Below, piece after piece: positions 28,501 to 41,732 of a stretch of 64,000 nt of DNA (position 1 is the stretch's first letter; every line of letters starts with the position of its first letter). Origin of the DNA: Octopus sinensis (lineage: Eukaryota); contig NC_043001.1 of NCBI RefSeq assembly GCF_006345805.1, positions 39,122,001 to 39,186,000 of the forward strand, given 5' to 3'. A model generated the notes under the pieces. That model had not been told where the DNA came from and ran no database searches. It saw only the letters and a list, made by a program, of their open reading frames with translations. Both the position numbers and the translations under genes were made by a program.

Positions 28501-28789
28501 ATTTTAGTAGTGATTGCCTTCTACATTGTAAGGTGAAAGAGACTTTACCAGCTGAATAGTTAGATAGAACAGTGTTGGAGGATATAGCGTGAGTGAGAGA
28601 GGATAGTAAGAGTGTGACTGAGATAAGAGGGCAAGTAGATAAGTAAATAACAGCCATGGGTTAAAATATCTGATACAAATGAATTGTTCAATGTTCCCAT
28701 CCCACAATGTTGGTCTACACCTAAACAATGGATTGGGAATTTCTCATGGCCGCAATGATCATACTCACTACCTTTAGTCAATTAAGCCT

Positions 28790-29740
28790 CAAAATCACAG
28801 TCATGACTGATTTGTTAAAAGTCAATTTTAAGATGTTTCCCTAGATCTAAACTTTCACTCTAATAAACCATACCATAAACGCAACAAGAAATTTAACTGC
28901 ACTCACAAACAGTTTCGCTACCAGGTTTAGAAACCTGATAGCTAAACATTAATAGCAGAATATTCAACCTCTCTTCCTCTAAAGAGATTTTTGATAAGCC
29001 TCTTACTATGAAAATGTCCTAGGTAATGGTAGCTTCAAAGATAATTTATATTACAACTTTTCTAGTAATAATACGAATAATAAAAATGCACCTTAGAATA
29101 GGAAATTAATTTGGTTTGCCCTCACTCTCCCAAAATGTTAAAGCTAATTTAGTTAAAAAATTCCTCTCTCTCTTAGATAAACATTTCCCAGAAAATCACA
29201 TGTACAGAAAGATCTTTAACAGACAAAAAAATTATCATAAAGCTGCTGGCCCCAATATAAAGAGCATCATCACCCATAACCAACACCAACAGCCCACTTC
29301 CAGTTATAACTGCTGAGACTCTGAAGCTTGTCCATTCATTGTCCACTCAACTAGGGGCGCACAATAAACTTCATCTTATATGAAGCAGAAATTACAGCTA
29401 CACTATATGATAACATAACCAAAAAGAAGAATTACATCAGGTTGTATAAAGGCAACTACAAAAAATGCCACACTGAACACCTATGTTTTTCCGGCACATG
29501 GACAAAACTAAGTCAGCTAACCATATATGGGCTTTACGACACACTCCACACCACATACAATAAAGTGGAAAACCATAGAAAAATTCATGTCATATGTTAA
29601 TGGATAAAACAAATGCAAGTTATACAGTTTTGCACATCCTTTTTAGATCTAAAACTTCCACAACACTGTTGAATTCCAGATCAGAAATTTTCAGCAAATG
29701 TAAGCATATGGCAAAGTTTCTTTTGGCAAACTGGAGAATA
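28790..29740 (+). mobile_element. Degenerate Penelope-like element
   Basis: 'PSLSQNVKANLVKKFLSLLDKHFPENHMYRKIFNR' and 'TLLNSRSEIFSKCKHMAKF' are typical Penelope C-terminal motifs. Confidence 0.75.
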
Positions 29741-30106
29741 CCAACCTCACCAGACAGAGAAGCTGTTTTGCACACTTTAGACCCCTTCCATTGATTCTGC
29801 CACATCTAGCCTTATGATTCTTCAGTCAAAGGGAATGTAACTAATTCTTTTTTGCCTTTCTTTTTCCATTTTTTTCACCAAACATAGGCATACTTTAAAA
29901 CTTGACTAGATAATATCTTCAATATATGAAAATATATACTGAGTACATTAAACAACATGCATATATATATTATATATATATATACAAGCATTAAACCAAT
30001 AACATAGTTATCGAACTTTGTTTCTTCCTGTGTTGACCTTTTTAACGTTTATTTTCTTTAAACTATATATGCTTGAGTGTGCAAATGTGTGTGAGTGTAG
30101 ACTCAC

Positions 30107-30141
30107 CATATTCTTTTAGATTGCAACAAGGATTATAGGAA
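30107..30141 (-). CDS. Candidate upstream exon (5' UTR ending in the start ATG) of the Ig-domain gene; may instead start at 30237
   Basis: Consensus donor ATG|GTGAGT at 30106. Acceptors '...ttccactgtcccaaatttcag' (30142) or '...atacatttgcag' (30238). An in-frame TAA lies 6 nt before the ATG; the ATG is in frame with the 25528 exon (M-I-M-E-F). Confidence 0.55.
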
Positions 30142-30479
30142 CTGAAATTTGGGACAGTGGAAATACCATGCATGATAAAGAGTTACAGCATATGGGATGG
30201 GTGTTAAAGAAGAGTGGGCCATCTGGAGGACTTTTTACTGCAAATGTATTAACATAACTGCCTATTTTGTTCTTATATGAAGGCAATTCCTGGCAAGTAC
30301 TGAAGTGATACATGTGAACTGGTAAGATGTATGATTGATCTTTCTTACTTAGAAGGTTTAACAGCTGGGTATGAGACAAAGGGACAGGAATCAGATGTAC
30401 AAAGCAGCTAGTTCTTTACCTGATAGAATAAGTGTATACAATTATCTGTTTCTATTGACAAGTAACATCTTATTCAACT

Positions 30480-31900
30480 GCCAAGTACTTTCATACTGTT
30501 CTTTTGGAAATATTTTCATAAGAAATTTGATATTTTAAATTTTATCAAAAATATCTGAGCAGCTTAGGTGAGTGTTTATTTTAGTAATTAGAAAACCACT
30601 GACTTTTAACTTGCACCTCTTTTCTGACCACATATGCACAGGTGCAAAAGTACTATGTAGATAGTGAATGAATACTACAGCACTAAAATTTTCTCTTAGC
30701 AATGAGCAAATAATTTGGCCACTATTTTACATGCGTAAAGTTTTGTGTTGCCCAAAATTCTGCTTTAGAAGCTCAAAGACTTTGCAATAACAGCCACATC
30801 AAATAACTGACCAATGTTTACTACTTGCTTTTCAATCCTTTGATTTTAACTGTAGACTGTTGAACAATTGGCCAAAATATCTAACCACAACAGTCTTCTG
30901 CTGGTTTAAAGTTCTCTTTCCATAGGTTAGGTATGGGAGACATCTTTCATAAAACCTTTTACACTCTTTCTTCACTTTTCCAATGCTTTCCCTAATTTTT
31001 TGTCCTGGTTTCTCTGCAAAACCTTTCCGTTTTGAGGTACAAATTCAGAGTTTTTTCTCCTGCTACTTAGTATTGTACTCCAGTTTCTTGAAAAAATTAA
31101 GCTATCCATATTCAAACTAAAAACATATCTTTTTGCTTTGCCAGTCTCAGCACAATTCTGCTAGAACAAATGTGAAGAATTATTTCAACTGTTGATATAT
31201 TAACATGTTGTATTATGTTTTTGTCTCCCACACTGGCAAAGTCACAAAATTCTTTTAGAGACATTAAATGACTTGTATATATAAGAAAATATTTTAATAT
31301 TTTCAGGAGTTATTTGATATTAATTGGTATGAAGTTGTACACAATATGTACACCTCAGCTTCATTTAATGCCAATATAGCACCTTCCAAATTTTGCATAA
31401 AAATTTACAGGTTCCCATTTTGTCAGGACTAGCTACAACTTTGGCTAAAATGCAGTCAGATGTTTTGAAATTCAAGTCATGTGAAACAGTATGAAAAGCA
31501 AAATTAACTTCTTTAGCAGCCACTTTTGGTGAGATACTTGCAAGACAAATTAAATCAAACAAGCTTTGCAGTGTTTCTGGCTTTCTCATGGAAAATGCAT
31601 GTAATATAAGGCCTAATTTTAACAATTATAAATACTTGAACATAGCATAGTTCAGAGAATGCCATTGTTTGTCTCAACACAAGATTCTCAGTCACTAGTT
31701 AGTTTCTCCAGAGACAATCTGGTTTTCCAATGGTCATCTGTTTCCTTCTTTTTTGAAACTGAGGGAACAATTCTAAATATTTGGACTTTTTCCGTGTGTA
31801 TGAATGAAGTACAAGATTTTAATTTCAAGTTTCAACAGGGTTCCTGCTACAAGTGTTTCATTATGGTTTAGTAAGACTAATTAGCACCAATGTCTTGCGC
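30480..31900 (-). mobile_element. Degenerate hAT-superfamily transposase remnant
   Basis: 'VAAKEVNFAFHTVSHDLNFKTSDC' and 'LKEFCDFASV...IIQHVN' resemble hAT transposase blocks from memory; many stops. Confidence 0.55.
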
Positions 31901-32799
31901 CTTTCTGTCAAATAATAAAGATAGTAACAAATAAATACTTCAAGATTATTAAAAACTGGGACAGACTTTCAAATTGGCTGGAAAGCCAGAACAAGGAGTT
32001 AAAATAGGACAATTTAGGCCAAACCAGGATATACAACAAATAAATATTGTCTACAAATATATGAAGTATTTCATCATCATTTTAATGTCCACATTTCCAT
32101 GCTAACATGAGTGAGAAAGAATTCACCGAGACAGATTTTCTCTGATTGGATTGCACTCTTTTCCCCAACCTTCCCTTGATTCCAAGAATGTTGTTTTCTG
32201 CATGACAAGACATGTTTTTGTGGATGATTGGAAATGAGCAACACCAAATGTATGATGGTGACACATTCATGAGTAAAGTGCAAGGTCGAGACAAGGAGAC
32301 ACACACACACACACACACACACACAAATCACAGTTTATACACATTTTTTCTCACTCCATTTTCCTCCTCCCAATATTTTCTGTCAAAGAGCATGAGCTTG
32401 AAACATCAAAGACTTTTCCATTCTTCCTGAGCATTAAATTCATACATCTACTTGTTGTTCCCTCACCTGTCTTCCTCTTTTGTTTTCTGTAAATTTGAAA
32501 TATATATCCATCGTGGCCAATCTTACAAATTGGTTTTGCACTGGGGTTCAGTAGGATGTCAGATAAAAGCCTGACTCTTCTAAGTAGGCAGATATGTAAG
32601 AAAATATGGTGACTGTTTTTCAAATTTTCTTCCATACCAAACAACTCTGAAGAGTACAGGGTAACATAATCAATATACTGCATATTTTTTGTGATTTGTG
32701 GTGGGTTTGTGTAAGTAGGTAGATAGAGAAACAGATAAACTGACACACACAAACAGGCAGATAGTTAAACACATTTACACATATATATATATCCTCACC

Positions 32800-33232
32800 A
32801 CTATCCTCACTGCCCTTGCCAGAGCATATTCTGTGGACCATGCATCTGCTCTCTCCCCCTGCACCCGCCCCACTGTCTCCCGTTTCTCCTCACCTACCAC
32901 CCCACCATCCTACCTCTCCAACGCACCATTCTCCGAGCCTTCCGGTGACTCCAGTCTGACCCCTCCACTTCGCACATCTTCCCTAACTGACCCCTCCCCT
33001 CCTTCAAATGAGCCCACAACCTACAAGACCTCTTGGTCCACAGCTTCTTCCCTAACTCAACCCCTCAACCCAGCTCATTACCCTGCTCCCGCCCATGCCC
33101 TTACCTCTCCAACACAACGCTCCTCACCAGCACCCATCATCAACACTATCATATCACCGACTCCTTCACCTGCATTTCTACCAATTTCTACTGCATCTCC
33201 TGCTCTCTCTGCCCTTCTCTATATATCTGCTA
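32800..33232 (+). mobile_element. Penelope-like fragment (linker and GIY-YIG start)
   Basis: ORF 33033-33233 ends 'HITDSFTCISTNFYCISCSLCPSLYI'. Confidence 0.75.
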
Positions 33233-34200
33233 ACCTAGAAAAAGCCTTTGATTTATTCTCTCATACTGCGATAGGGTGGTCTCTGGGGAAGTTAGAGGTA
33301 GATGAACAGCTGGTGAAAGCCATACAAGTTATGTACAGGGGAGCTATCAGTAAAGTGAGAGTTAACCAGGAGATCAGCAATGGATTTAGAGTATAGGTAA
33401 GAGTTCACCAGAGCTTGGTTTTCAGTCCCCTCATATTTCATATATTGCACCCCCAGGCCATAGTAGAGACTGGATCTCCCTGGGGAACTACTATAGGCTA
33501 ATGGTCTCATTTCTCAGAGCAAGAATATAGACAAGACACTATTCCCTTCAGGTAAATGATCCTGCCTGATATGCAAAAAAGTATAGGCAGGAATTCCATA
33601 CAGTGCACCCAGACAGGTTATAGACACACAAGTGGAGCAGTGGAATCACAGGATGGCTAATGGGGAAGGCTTGTATGTGGAAGATACACAGTAGCCATAA
33701 ACACTAAGAGTATATATCCCTGAAGGTAGTAGATAGTTTTTATAAATTAGATGACCTAATTAGCAGTGGTGGAGGCTGTTCTGAAAATACAGTTGCTAGA
33801 ACAATAGGATGAATAAAGTGCAGAGAAATACTGGTTCTGTTTGCAACAAAAGGTTGCTCTCTCTCTCTCTCTCCCTGAATGAAAAGTAGATTGTTTAATG
33901 CTTCACTATGAACAACAATGTTAAATGGTGGTGAGATGTGGACTCTGAATATAGAGGACATGCAAAGACTAGAGAGAAATGAAACTAGTATGCTCCATTG
34001 CAATGTCAGCTTTCATGTACAGCAAATCGGCATACAAGGAATCAAATGTAGCATGTAAAAATGAAGACTGCACTGGTTTGATTATGTGATGTAAATGGAT
34101 GAGAACAGTTGCATAAAGAAATGCTGGTTATTTAAAGTGGATGGAACTTGTTGAAGAGGGTGACATAGGAAGACAAAGAACTGAATGATTGGTGATTCAT
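33233..34200 (+). mobile_element. Degenerate RTE LINE RT fragment
   Basis: 'LEKAFDLFSHTAIGWSLGKLEVDEQLVKAIQVMY'. Confidence 0.75.
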
Positions 34201-35699
34201 TATACTTGATAAGACCCATCCATCACAGCAAATATAAGGTCCTAAGATCACCTTGGTTATGCTTGCTTGTGCTGGGCCCTGTCAAACATCCCCACATCTC
34301 AGCTCCATAACCACCTGCTTCCCCAACATCAATCCCTCCTTGATACTATAACATCCCCGAACACTATGTGTTACCAATAATGGCCTTCCCTCAGCTTCCA
34401 TCCTTCCTTCTAATTATTGTCTCTTTCAACAAGCATCCATTCCCCAGCTCTTCTCTGCCATAAATCAATAAATAAGGAGTTAATAGCTTTTAAAGTTTGC
34501 AAATTTGGAGTAATTTTAGCCAATCAAAAGCCAAAGACATATAGGAGCCTGTTTCCATAGTAACCAGCCAAGCTGTTAACTCATGCAGTCATTTTCCGTT
34601 TATTAAATGGTAGTCATAAGATGTGCTAAAAATAATAACTAAATAGGCCTTAAATCATGCACCCTATTTTTCTTTCCATTTTTGCATAATTGTATGAATT
34701 CCTATGTGTAGAATACAAATTCACAAACATTTTCTGAAAATTCCAAAATATAAAAAATTTATGAGGGGTTTTATGGTGTGCATAAAGCAGAATTTCGTCA
34801 ATATTTCATTTGTTTACAGTTGACATCACGTGCTGGAACATACAAAATTATAGCTTCCAAATTCTGTTTTATGACTGGATAAAAATTATGAAATTTTAAA
34901 CTTTTATAACTTTTTTTTTTTAATTTCTGGAAAAAGTGAATTAGCCCCTGAGATTCAATGTGGAGACTTGCATCAATACACCAAATTTTAAAATTTTCAC
35001 TAAACTTTAAAATTACCACTGAAAAGACTCCAGCTCAATCTGAATGTATACCTCACAGCACTATCATAAATCTACAAACTGTAAATAAAGTAAAATTTAT
35101 TAACACATCTGTTTCAAGACGCACAATTTGTACAAGCAGTATCAGCAAATGTCAAAGCACACATACCATCACCACCATGAAAACTACACCCCCACTAGAT
35201 ACTAATTAAACTTTACAGCTTCCACATACATAACCAGGAATCCTAAAATCTGTCAGTATTCTCAACGTGACATTGTAGAAAAATGGAGAGCTCCTGATGT
35301 TGTTTTTCATACTAGTATGCTACAAGTGTTGATGCTAACACAGCTTATTCTGTCTTCACCTGTGTCTGTAGCATCAAATGAGCAAACATCCAGCACATTC
35401 ACCATTTGAAGAACTGGTTCTGTACCACAATGACACAGCACCCTCTAGCACATAGTGCCATAATGCATAATAAAAATGCATTGCAAATCCTTGTAGAAAG
35501 TTTCATTACAAAAACGAGTGCACGCAGAAAAGTTTTGGGAATGATTTGAGACACTGTTCCATGTGCACGAATGTGGGATGAAAATTTCATAGGCTGACTA
35601 TAAAAGAGTGATGCATGAGCTGTGAAATCTTGCTTGCATTAATTTCAATCCTCCTATTTAATAAATGCATTGTTTCTTTCCAGATATAATGATATCTGA

Positions 35700-36445
35700 C
35701 TGTCCGGAGAAAACTTCAAAAATAACTATTAGCAACTTCTCTAGAAAACAGACAAAATTTGGCATCGTGCTGTAATCAAGTACCTGCAGGGAAAGGTTTT
35801 AGCCCTCAAGGACATTCATGCCGAGATTATTCATGTAGACATGATACATTAAGGGTTGACACTCCTGCCTTATTGTCAGTACAAAAGTGGCAGCTAAATT
35901 TAGCAAGGGAAGAGATAGACTTCAGAAAAATCATGGTTTGGCTGTCCTGCAGCTGCTGCTGCCACCACGGAAAACATTGTGTTCATCACATAATGATGAA
36001 TGATAGGCGATTGACTATAAAACCCAGTGTTATTAGCATATCCTGTGAGAGAGTTGAGACTATTCTGCAAAATGAACATAGCACGATGAAGGTTTCTGCT
36101 CGCTGAGTGTCACATGAGAACATCAGACATTGAGGTGGATCCAGCACGTTTCCTGGATTGCTCCTAACCCAGGATATTTTTGGGTTCATCACATTGAGCC
36201 AGAGACAAAGAAGCAATCCATGCAAGTGGAAAGAAACACCTCTCTTCACCTGCTCCACTGAAGGACAAGGTTGTTTCATCTACAGAGAAGGTTATGGCCC
36301 CGATTTTTTGGAATATAAAAGACATTGTGCTTATTGACTGTCTTCAAAAGGGTCACACTTTCAATGGAGAGTGCAATGCCAACTTGCTAAGGCAGCTACG
36401 AAAGGCTACTAAGACCAAACGCCCAGGAAAACTGATAAAGAGGGC
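35700..36445 (+). mobile_element. Degenerate mariner transposon, interrupted by Gypsy; resumes at 40391-40440
   Basis: 'EPETKKQSMQWK', 'VMAPIFWNIKDIVLIDCLQKGHT...NLLRQLRK...RPGKL'. After the Gypsy: 'MFHQKNALA' (the LFHQDNAPAH motif). Confidence 0.85.
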
Positions 36446-39400
36446 TGTTATGCATTCTTTCGTTCGTGATGGGATGACAGACAACTCACTGAAGGCATTG
36501 TTATTGTTTTACGTGTTTATTTTGCTTAACCAGTTTACAAACTGTCAATATACCACGAAGTGATACACATTGTGCGCATCTGCCCTAGACGCAGTTCACA
36601 CTGATTACTAACAAATAGTGCCAATAGTGGGGATGCACTCATGCATACGCATACCTACGTTTACACATAAATATGGATGTGTAACATCCCTTCTTCTTGA
36701 AAAAAAATAAAGGGGTCTTTTGGCAGTGAAGAAAAAATATAAGTAATCTCCCTTACTCTAATGGATTGTAAATGCAAGGGTGACAATCCTGCAGCAGAAA
36801 CCGTGAGATTATTCTGCCCACTCACGTGGTTTTCAGCTTTGTAATCTAGCAGAATTAGTTAAATCCTGAAATCCTTAAAAATGTTTTAGCCCGAAGGTCA
36901 CGGCCATGCTGGGGCACCATTTTCTTTTACTTCTTTTCTCTTTAATGATAACGAACTGGTGGTAAAATGTTTGATTTCCATCTGGTGGATCTTGTGCTCC
37001 GCACTGGTGTCTGAGGTGTGTTGTTGGGTTGCTGATGAGTAGTTGGTGCCCGTTGGGGTGATGATTCTGTAGGTGTTGTCACTGATGCAGCAGGTGTTGT
37101 ACACGTTGTCCTCGACAGCTTTGGTGTTGGGCAGATGTGGGCCCTGTTGCGTCTCAGCTGCCTACCAGATTCCGTTTCTATAATATACGATCTTGGTGTT
37201 TCAGCTCTACTGACAACTTGTGCTGGGACCCATCTTTTGGTTATAGGATCTTGAGTATGCACATGTTGTTCTCCAAGTATTTCAGGTAAGTATTGTGCAT
37301 GTTTGTTGTAATATTTTTGTGATTGTTCTTGAGTGGCTGCTAGCTTTGCCCTTGTCTCTTCCTGGTCAATAAGAGGTTGGATCTTAGTTAGCAGGGTGGT
37401 TTTGTACTTCCTGCCATTCAGCAATTCTGCTGGGGATTTCATGTCAGCTCTCAGTGGTGTCACTCGTAGGGACAGAAGTGCCAGGTGTGGGTCTTCCTTA
37501 GTCTCTCGGCATTTGACTAGTGTTCTCTTCACTGTCTGCACCTGTCTTTCTATAAACCCATGACCTTTGGGGTAGTGTGGAGATGAGGTTGTGATATTGA
37601 ACCCATACTCATCGGCTAGCTTTTTGAATTCTTGCGATGTGAACTGGGTTCTATTGTCACATATGATCTGCTCTGGTATTGCTTGCTCTGCTAGAAGTCC
37701 TCGAGCCACTGTAGTGATTGTTTTGGCTCTCAGGTCTTTCACTTTTCTCACAAATGGAAATTTGGAGTAGTAGCAGATCATAATCAAATACCATTCTTGG
37801 CTCTCTGAGAACAGATCTACTCCAATAGCTTGCCATGGCCTTCTTAGGATGTCACTGGGTATCATTTCCTCCTTTTGTTGTGAGTTTCTGTACTTTTGAC
37901 AAATGTGGCTTGTAGAGACTATCTGTTCTATGTCTTTGTACATGCCTACCCAATATACAGCTGACTTGGCTCGGAGCTTGCATTTTTCCATTCCTAGATG
38001 CTCTTGGTGGATCTTGTCAAGAATCTCTTTTTGCATTGATTTGAGTATAATTATTCGGGATACAGCCATCAGGATTCCATTCTCCACACATTTATCTGCA
38101 TTGAGTTTGATAACTTCTTGTCGGGTTTTCTCCATGGCTTTATGTAAATTGAAGTCATGTGTAATCTCACCCTTGCCATGCACTTGGATGTCGTCTGCTA
38201 TGCCAATTGCTCCCTTGCTGCCTTGGTAGGTCTCATCTATTTGGCACTGGAAAACATCTTGGCTCACCTTCAAACCAAATGGGAGTCAGTTGAATCAGTA
38301 TCTCCCAAAAGGTGTGTTGAATGTAGTGAGCATGGATGATTCTTTGTCTATCTTTACATTCCAGTACCCATTACTGGCATCCAGTCTGCTGAATATCTAG
38401 GATCCAGCTAATGATGGTGTGATTTGTTGAAGGGTTGGAATTGGATGGTACTCTCTTTTTAATGACATGTTCAGGTCCCATGGGTCAAGGCATATCTGTA
38501 GGGTACCATTGGGTTTTTCTCTGATTACAATTGAATTCACCCAGTCTGTTGGTTGTGTCACTTTGGTGATTATTTCTTTTTTTTCCATTCTGTCCAACTC
38601 TGCCTTCAACTTCTCTTTTAATTGTAGAGGAACGCGGCGAGGTGGGTGAACAATTGGTTTGATATTGGGATCAACTGTTATATGGTATCGACATTTCACA
38701 AAGCACCCAACTGTATCGTCAAAGCATTCAGGGTACATGCTTATCAGTTCTTCTTTATTTGTGATTTGTGGTCGGTCTTTGATAGGCATATCTCTGTCAA
38801 TCCTGCTCGGAGCTGCCTTCACTTGACACTATATTAAGCTTTTGACAGGTATTAAGTCCATTAATTGTTGGTCCTTCTGTTCTTGTGACATAAAAAGAAC
38901 ACTTGATTGTTTTTGCTTTGTGTGTCCCTGTGATTGTTGTTTTGCCCAGTTGTGGAATCTTGGCACCTCCGTATGCAGTGAGGATTACGTCACTTGGTGT
39001 GAGGATTCCTTCTTTGACTTTGTCCTCTCGTGTCATGTATTCTAGGAACATCTTTTTGTAGAGGTTGACAGGCAAGATATCATTCTGGGCTCCAGTGTCA
39101 ATCTTTAGCCTTAAGTCAATGTTTATTCGTTTCTTGCCAGACTTCTTTTGTATTCGTATTGTTGTGTATACCTAATTTTTTTCTGGTCGTCATTTCCCAT
39201 CTCATGCACATTTATTGTGCCGACTGCCAAGAATTCCTCCTCTGATGTGTTTTGTTCATGTTGTTGGGCATGTATATCACTTTATCTTCTCTTTCCGCCA
39301 CTCTTTGAAAATTGGGGCTTGTATTTCTGAGATTTTGTTAGTCTACATTTTTCCCCAGTGGTTAGGTTTTCCACATGCTTTACATTGTGTACCAAATGCA

Positions 39401-40390
39401 GGACATTTCTTCCGGTCATTGAACTCATGCTCTGTACCACAGTACTGGCATGTTCTCTGTTTGCAGGTATGTTTCGTCCTATGTCTAGATACAATATCTA
39501 CACTGCTACTTATTGAGTTTGTTTGTAAAGTAAGTGAGGCCATTCGTTTGGTAGTGACTTCTAATGCTCTTGCAGTGTCATTGCTTCTATTAACTGGAGA
39601 GTGTCCTTACCTATGAGGGATTTCTGGATTTCTTTATGAGCACACCCCCATATTAATTGATCAACAATCCTTTCATCCTCGTCTTTGAATTTGCATTTTT
39701 CGGCAACATTCTTTAGTCTGGACAGAAAGTTGTCAATCGTTTTTTGTGGGTCTTGTTTCAGGTCCTGGAATTCGTATCTATGAAGTCTATGGTTTGATCT
39801 GGGCTCTAGGTGCCTTTAAAATTTCTCTAAAAGTGTGTCTGGGTTATTGCAATCCGATTCTGACATATTCCAGCTATTGAATAGGTCTAAGCCCTCTATC
39901 CCGTCCATAAAAGGATGTAGTTTACCTTTTCATCGCCAGTTGTACCTTTCAGGAAACTTTTGAAAGCCAGTTGAGTTTTTCTGTTTGAATTTCTTGAATA
40001 CTTCCACGATATCATCGGCGTCCCAGTTCAGGGTCGGATGTAGATTCATCTGTAGGGTGACGGGGGCCACCATTTTGGATCCTCGTGTGTGTGTCCGAAG
40101 ACGAAGCGATATTCAGTTTGTTAAATTTCAGGTTTGTTGTGTTCCTGTATTGTTGTAAAGGCAGTTTCCGATAAATTATTTACCGCTGCCACAATGTTCT
40201 GCATTCTTTCGTTCATGATGGGCTGATAGACAACTCACTGAAGGCATTGTTATTGTTTTACGTGTTTATTTTGCTTAACCTGTTTACAAACTATCACTAT
40301 ACAGCGGAGTGATACACATTGTGCGCATCCGCCCAGTGCCAATAGTGGGGATGCACACCTATGTATACACATAGATATGAATGTGTAACA
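36446..40390 (-). mobile_element. Ty3/Gypsy LTR retrotransposon copy 1: both LTRs, gag, protease, partial RT, integrase; RT thumb and RNase H deleted
   Basis: LTRs 36446-36686 and 40195-40390 (TG...CA). PPT aagaagaaggga next to 36686. PBS ttgtggcagcggt next to 40195. gag starts at 40073 with CQYC...CKACGKPNHW. Integrase ORF 36942-38273 has D-D-E. Imperfect TSD agggc/aggcc. Confidence 0.95.
40181..40194 (-). other. Primer-binding site, probably tRNA-Leu
   Basis: Minus strand TTGTGGCAGCGGT is one mismatch from TGGTGGCAGCGGT, the complement of the tRNA-Leu(AAG/TAG) 3' end ...ACCGCTGCCACCA. Confidence 0.65.
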
Positions 40391-40777
40391 AGGCCATGTT
40401 TCATCAGAAGAATGCTCTAGCACTCAGGTCCTGTTCAGTCGAACCTCATAATAAAAAATTATTATTATTATTATACTTCTGTTTTGGTATTAAGAATGAA
40501 AAAGTCTATCTTGTTCGTAGAAATGTTTGGACCTTGCTTTGCACACCCCAAGCAAATTTAGTTCCTGGTTACTGGATGTGTCTCTGAGCTAATGTATGCA
40601 TATACAGACTTGAGACGGATATACGTCTGTATGTGTATCACATACATCCGTCTGAAGACAATATACGCATCGTAGCACAATATCTCTAATGTACATACAT
40701 GCATGCGCCGTGCACAAACACGAATTATAACTTCTAGGCGGATGTAAACACTTCATATATACATATATATATATATA

Positions 40778-40910
40778 CTAGCAGTATAACCCAACCTTGC
40801 CCGGGATTAAGTTACGATTATTAAGCTAATCAAGTTCTTTATTTCAAACCAAACTAAGTAATATAGACGTCAAATTGGGCAAAATCCATTGAAATTAGTT
40901 ATATTAGATA
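40778..40910 (-). mobile_element. Helitron family A 3' terminus
   Basis: Reverse complement of 5330-5458; hairpin then CTAG|T on the minus strand. Confidence 0.85.
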
Positions 40911-41732
40911 TATATATTATATATATATTATATATATAATATAATATAAATATATATGGGCAACAGACACACACGTACGTACACCTATTGCATGTTTTTT
41001 GCACGCATAAATTTTTCATAAACAGAAATGAATGGAAAAAATGTTGTTAAATTTGTAGATTAACACGTGCACGATTTTCATGAAGAAAAAAATCGGTTTT
41101 TTCGCGTGGAATCAACTACTCTGGCCTCAAAGCCCTTTTTGTGGTCCGTGAAACGGAGTGGGGTGTGGTGGAAGCCTTGCAAATTGTACCCATTTATATT
41201 GTGTAATTCACTGACGAATTATTACTCACCTCTTTGTTTTTATGTTGTTAAATAAATGGATTGTAAGCAAAACACTTTTTACTCGGCATAAAATAAAAAC
41301 AAAACTCTTTCGCACCCAAAGTAATGTGCGTGAGAATGGGGTGGGGGGAGAAATCAGTGACAAAAGTTACTGGAAAAACAATAAATAAGGATTTGCAAAC
41401 GGTCTCCCTTCATCGAAAACAGGTGATTGCCGTACGCCGAAGACAGGCAAATACCTAGAAACTGCAGTCCGTGCGCATCACTTTGGTTGACGATTTGTTT
41501 CCTCATAACTTACTTTTTCGAATGAAATGCTTTACAATTGGAATTCAGAAGGTGTAGATTTCGATTATACCGAAACTTGTTGCGAAAAATTTTTTCCGAA
41601 TGTAGGGAGAGCAGTTTCGGAAATTTATACGAGTCGGCTTTGCTTCTACCTAACTTTCAGTAAAATAGATTTTTCGTTTAGGAAATTTTCTATAAATACC
41701 TTTCAAATAGTGTATATTACGATTGTATCGAA

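Noticed and set aside
30120-30257. Plus-strand open frame IATRIIG...ELQHMGWVLKKSGPSGG resembling a PH-domain start
   Set aside because: Short, ends in a stop without a good donor, and overlaps a better-supported minus-strand exon.
32833-33396. Pro/Ser/Thr-rich 187-aa ORF as a mucin-like exon
   Set aside because: An off-frame reading of a Penelope fragment fused to an RTE RT fragment.
35230-35450. 'QLILSSPVSVASNEQTSS' resembling the hAT dimerisation motif
   Set aside because: Single short degenerate motif; too weak to list as a feature.
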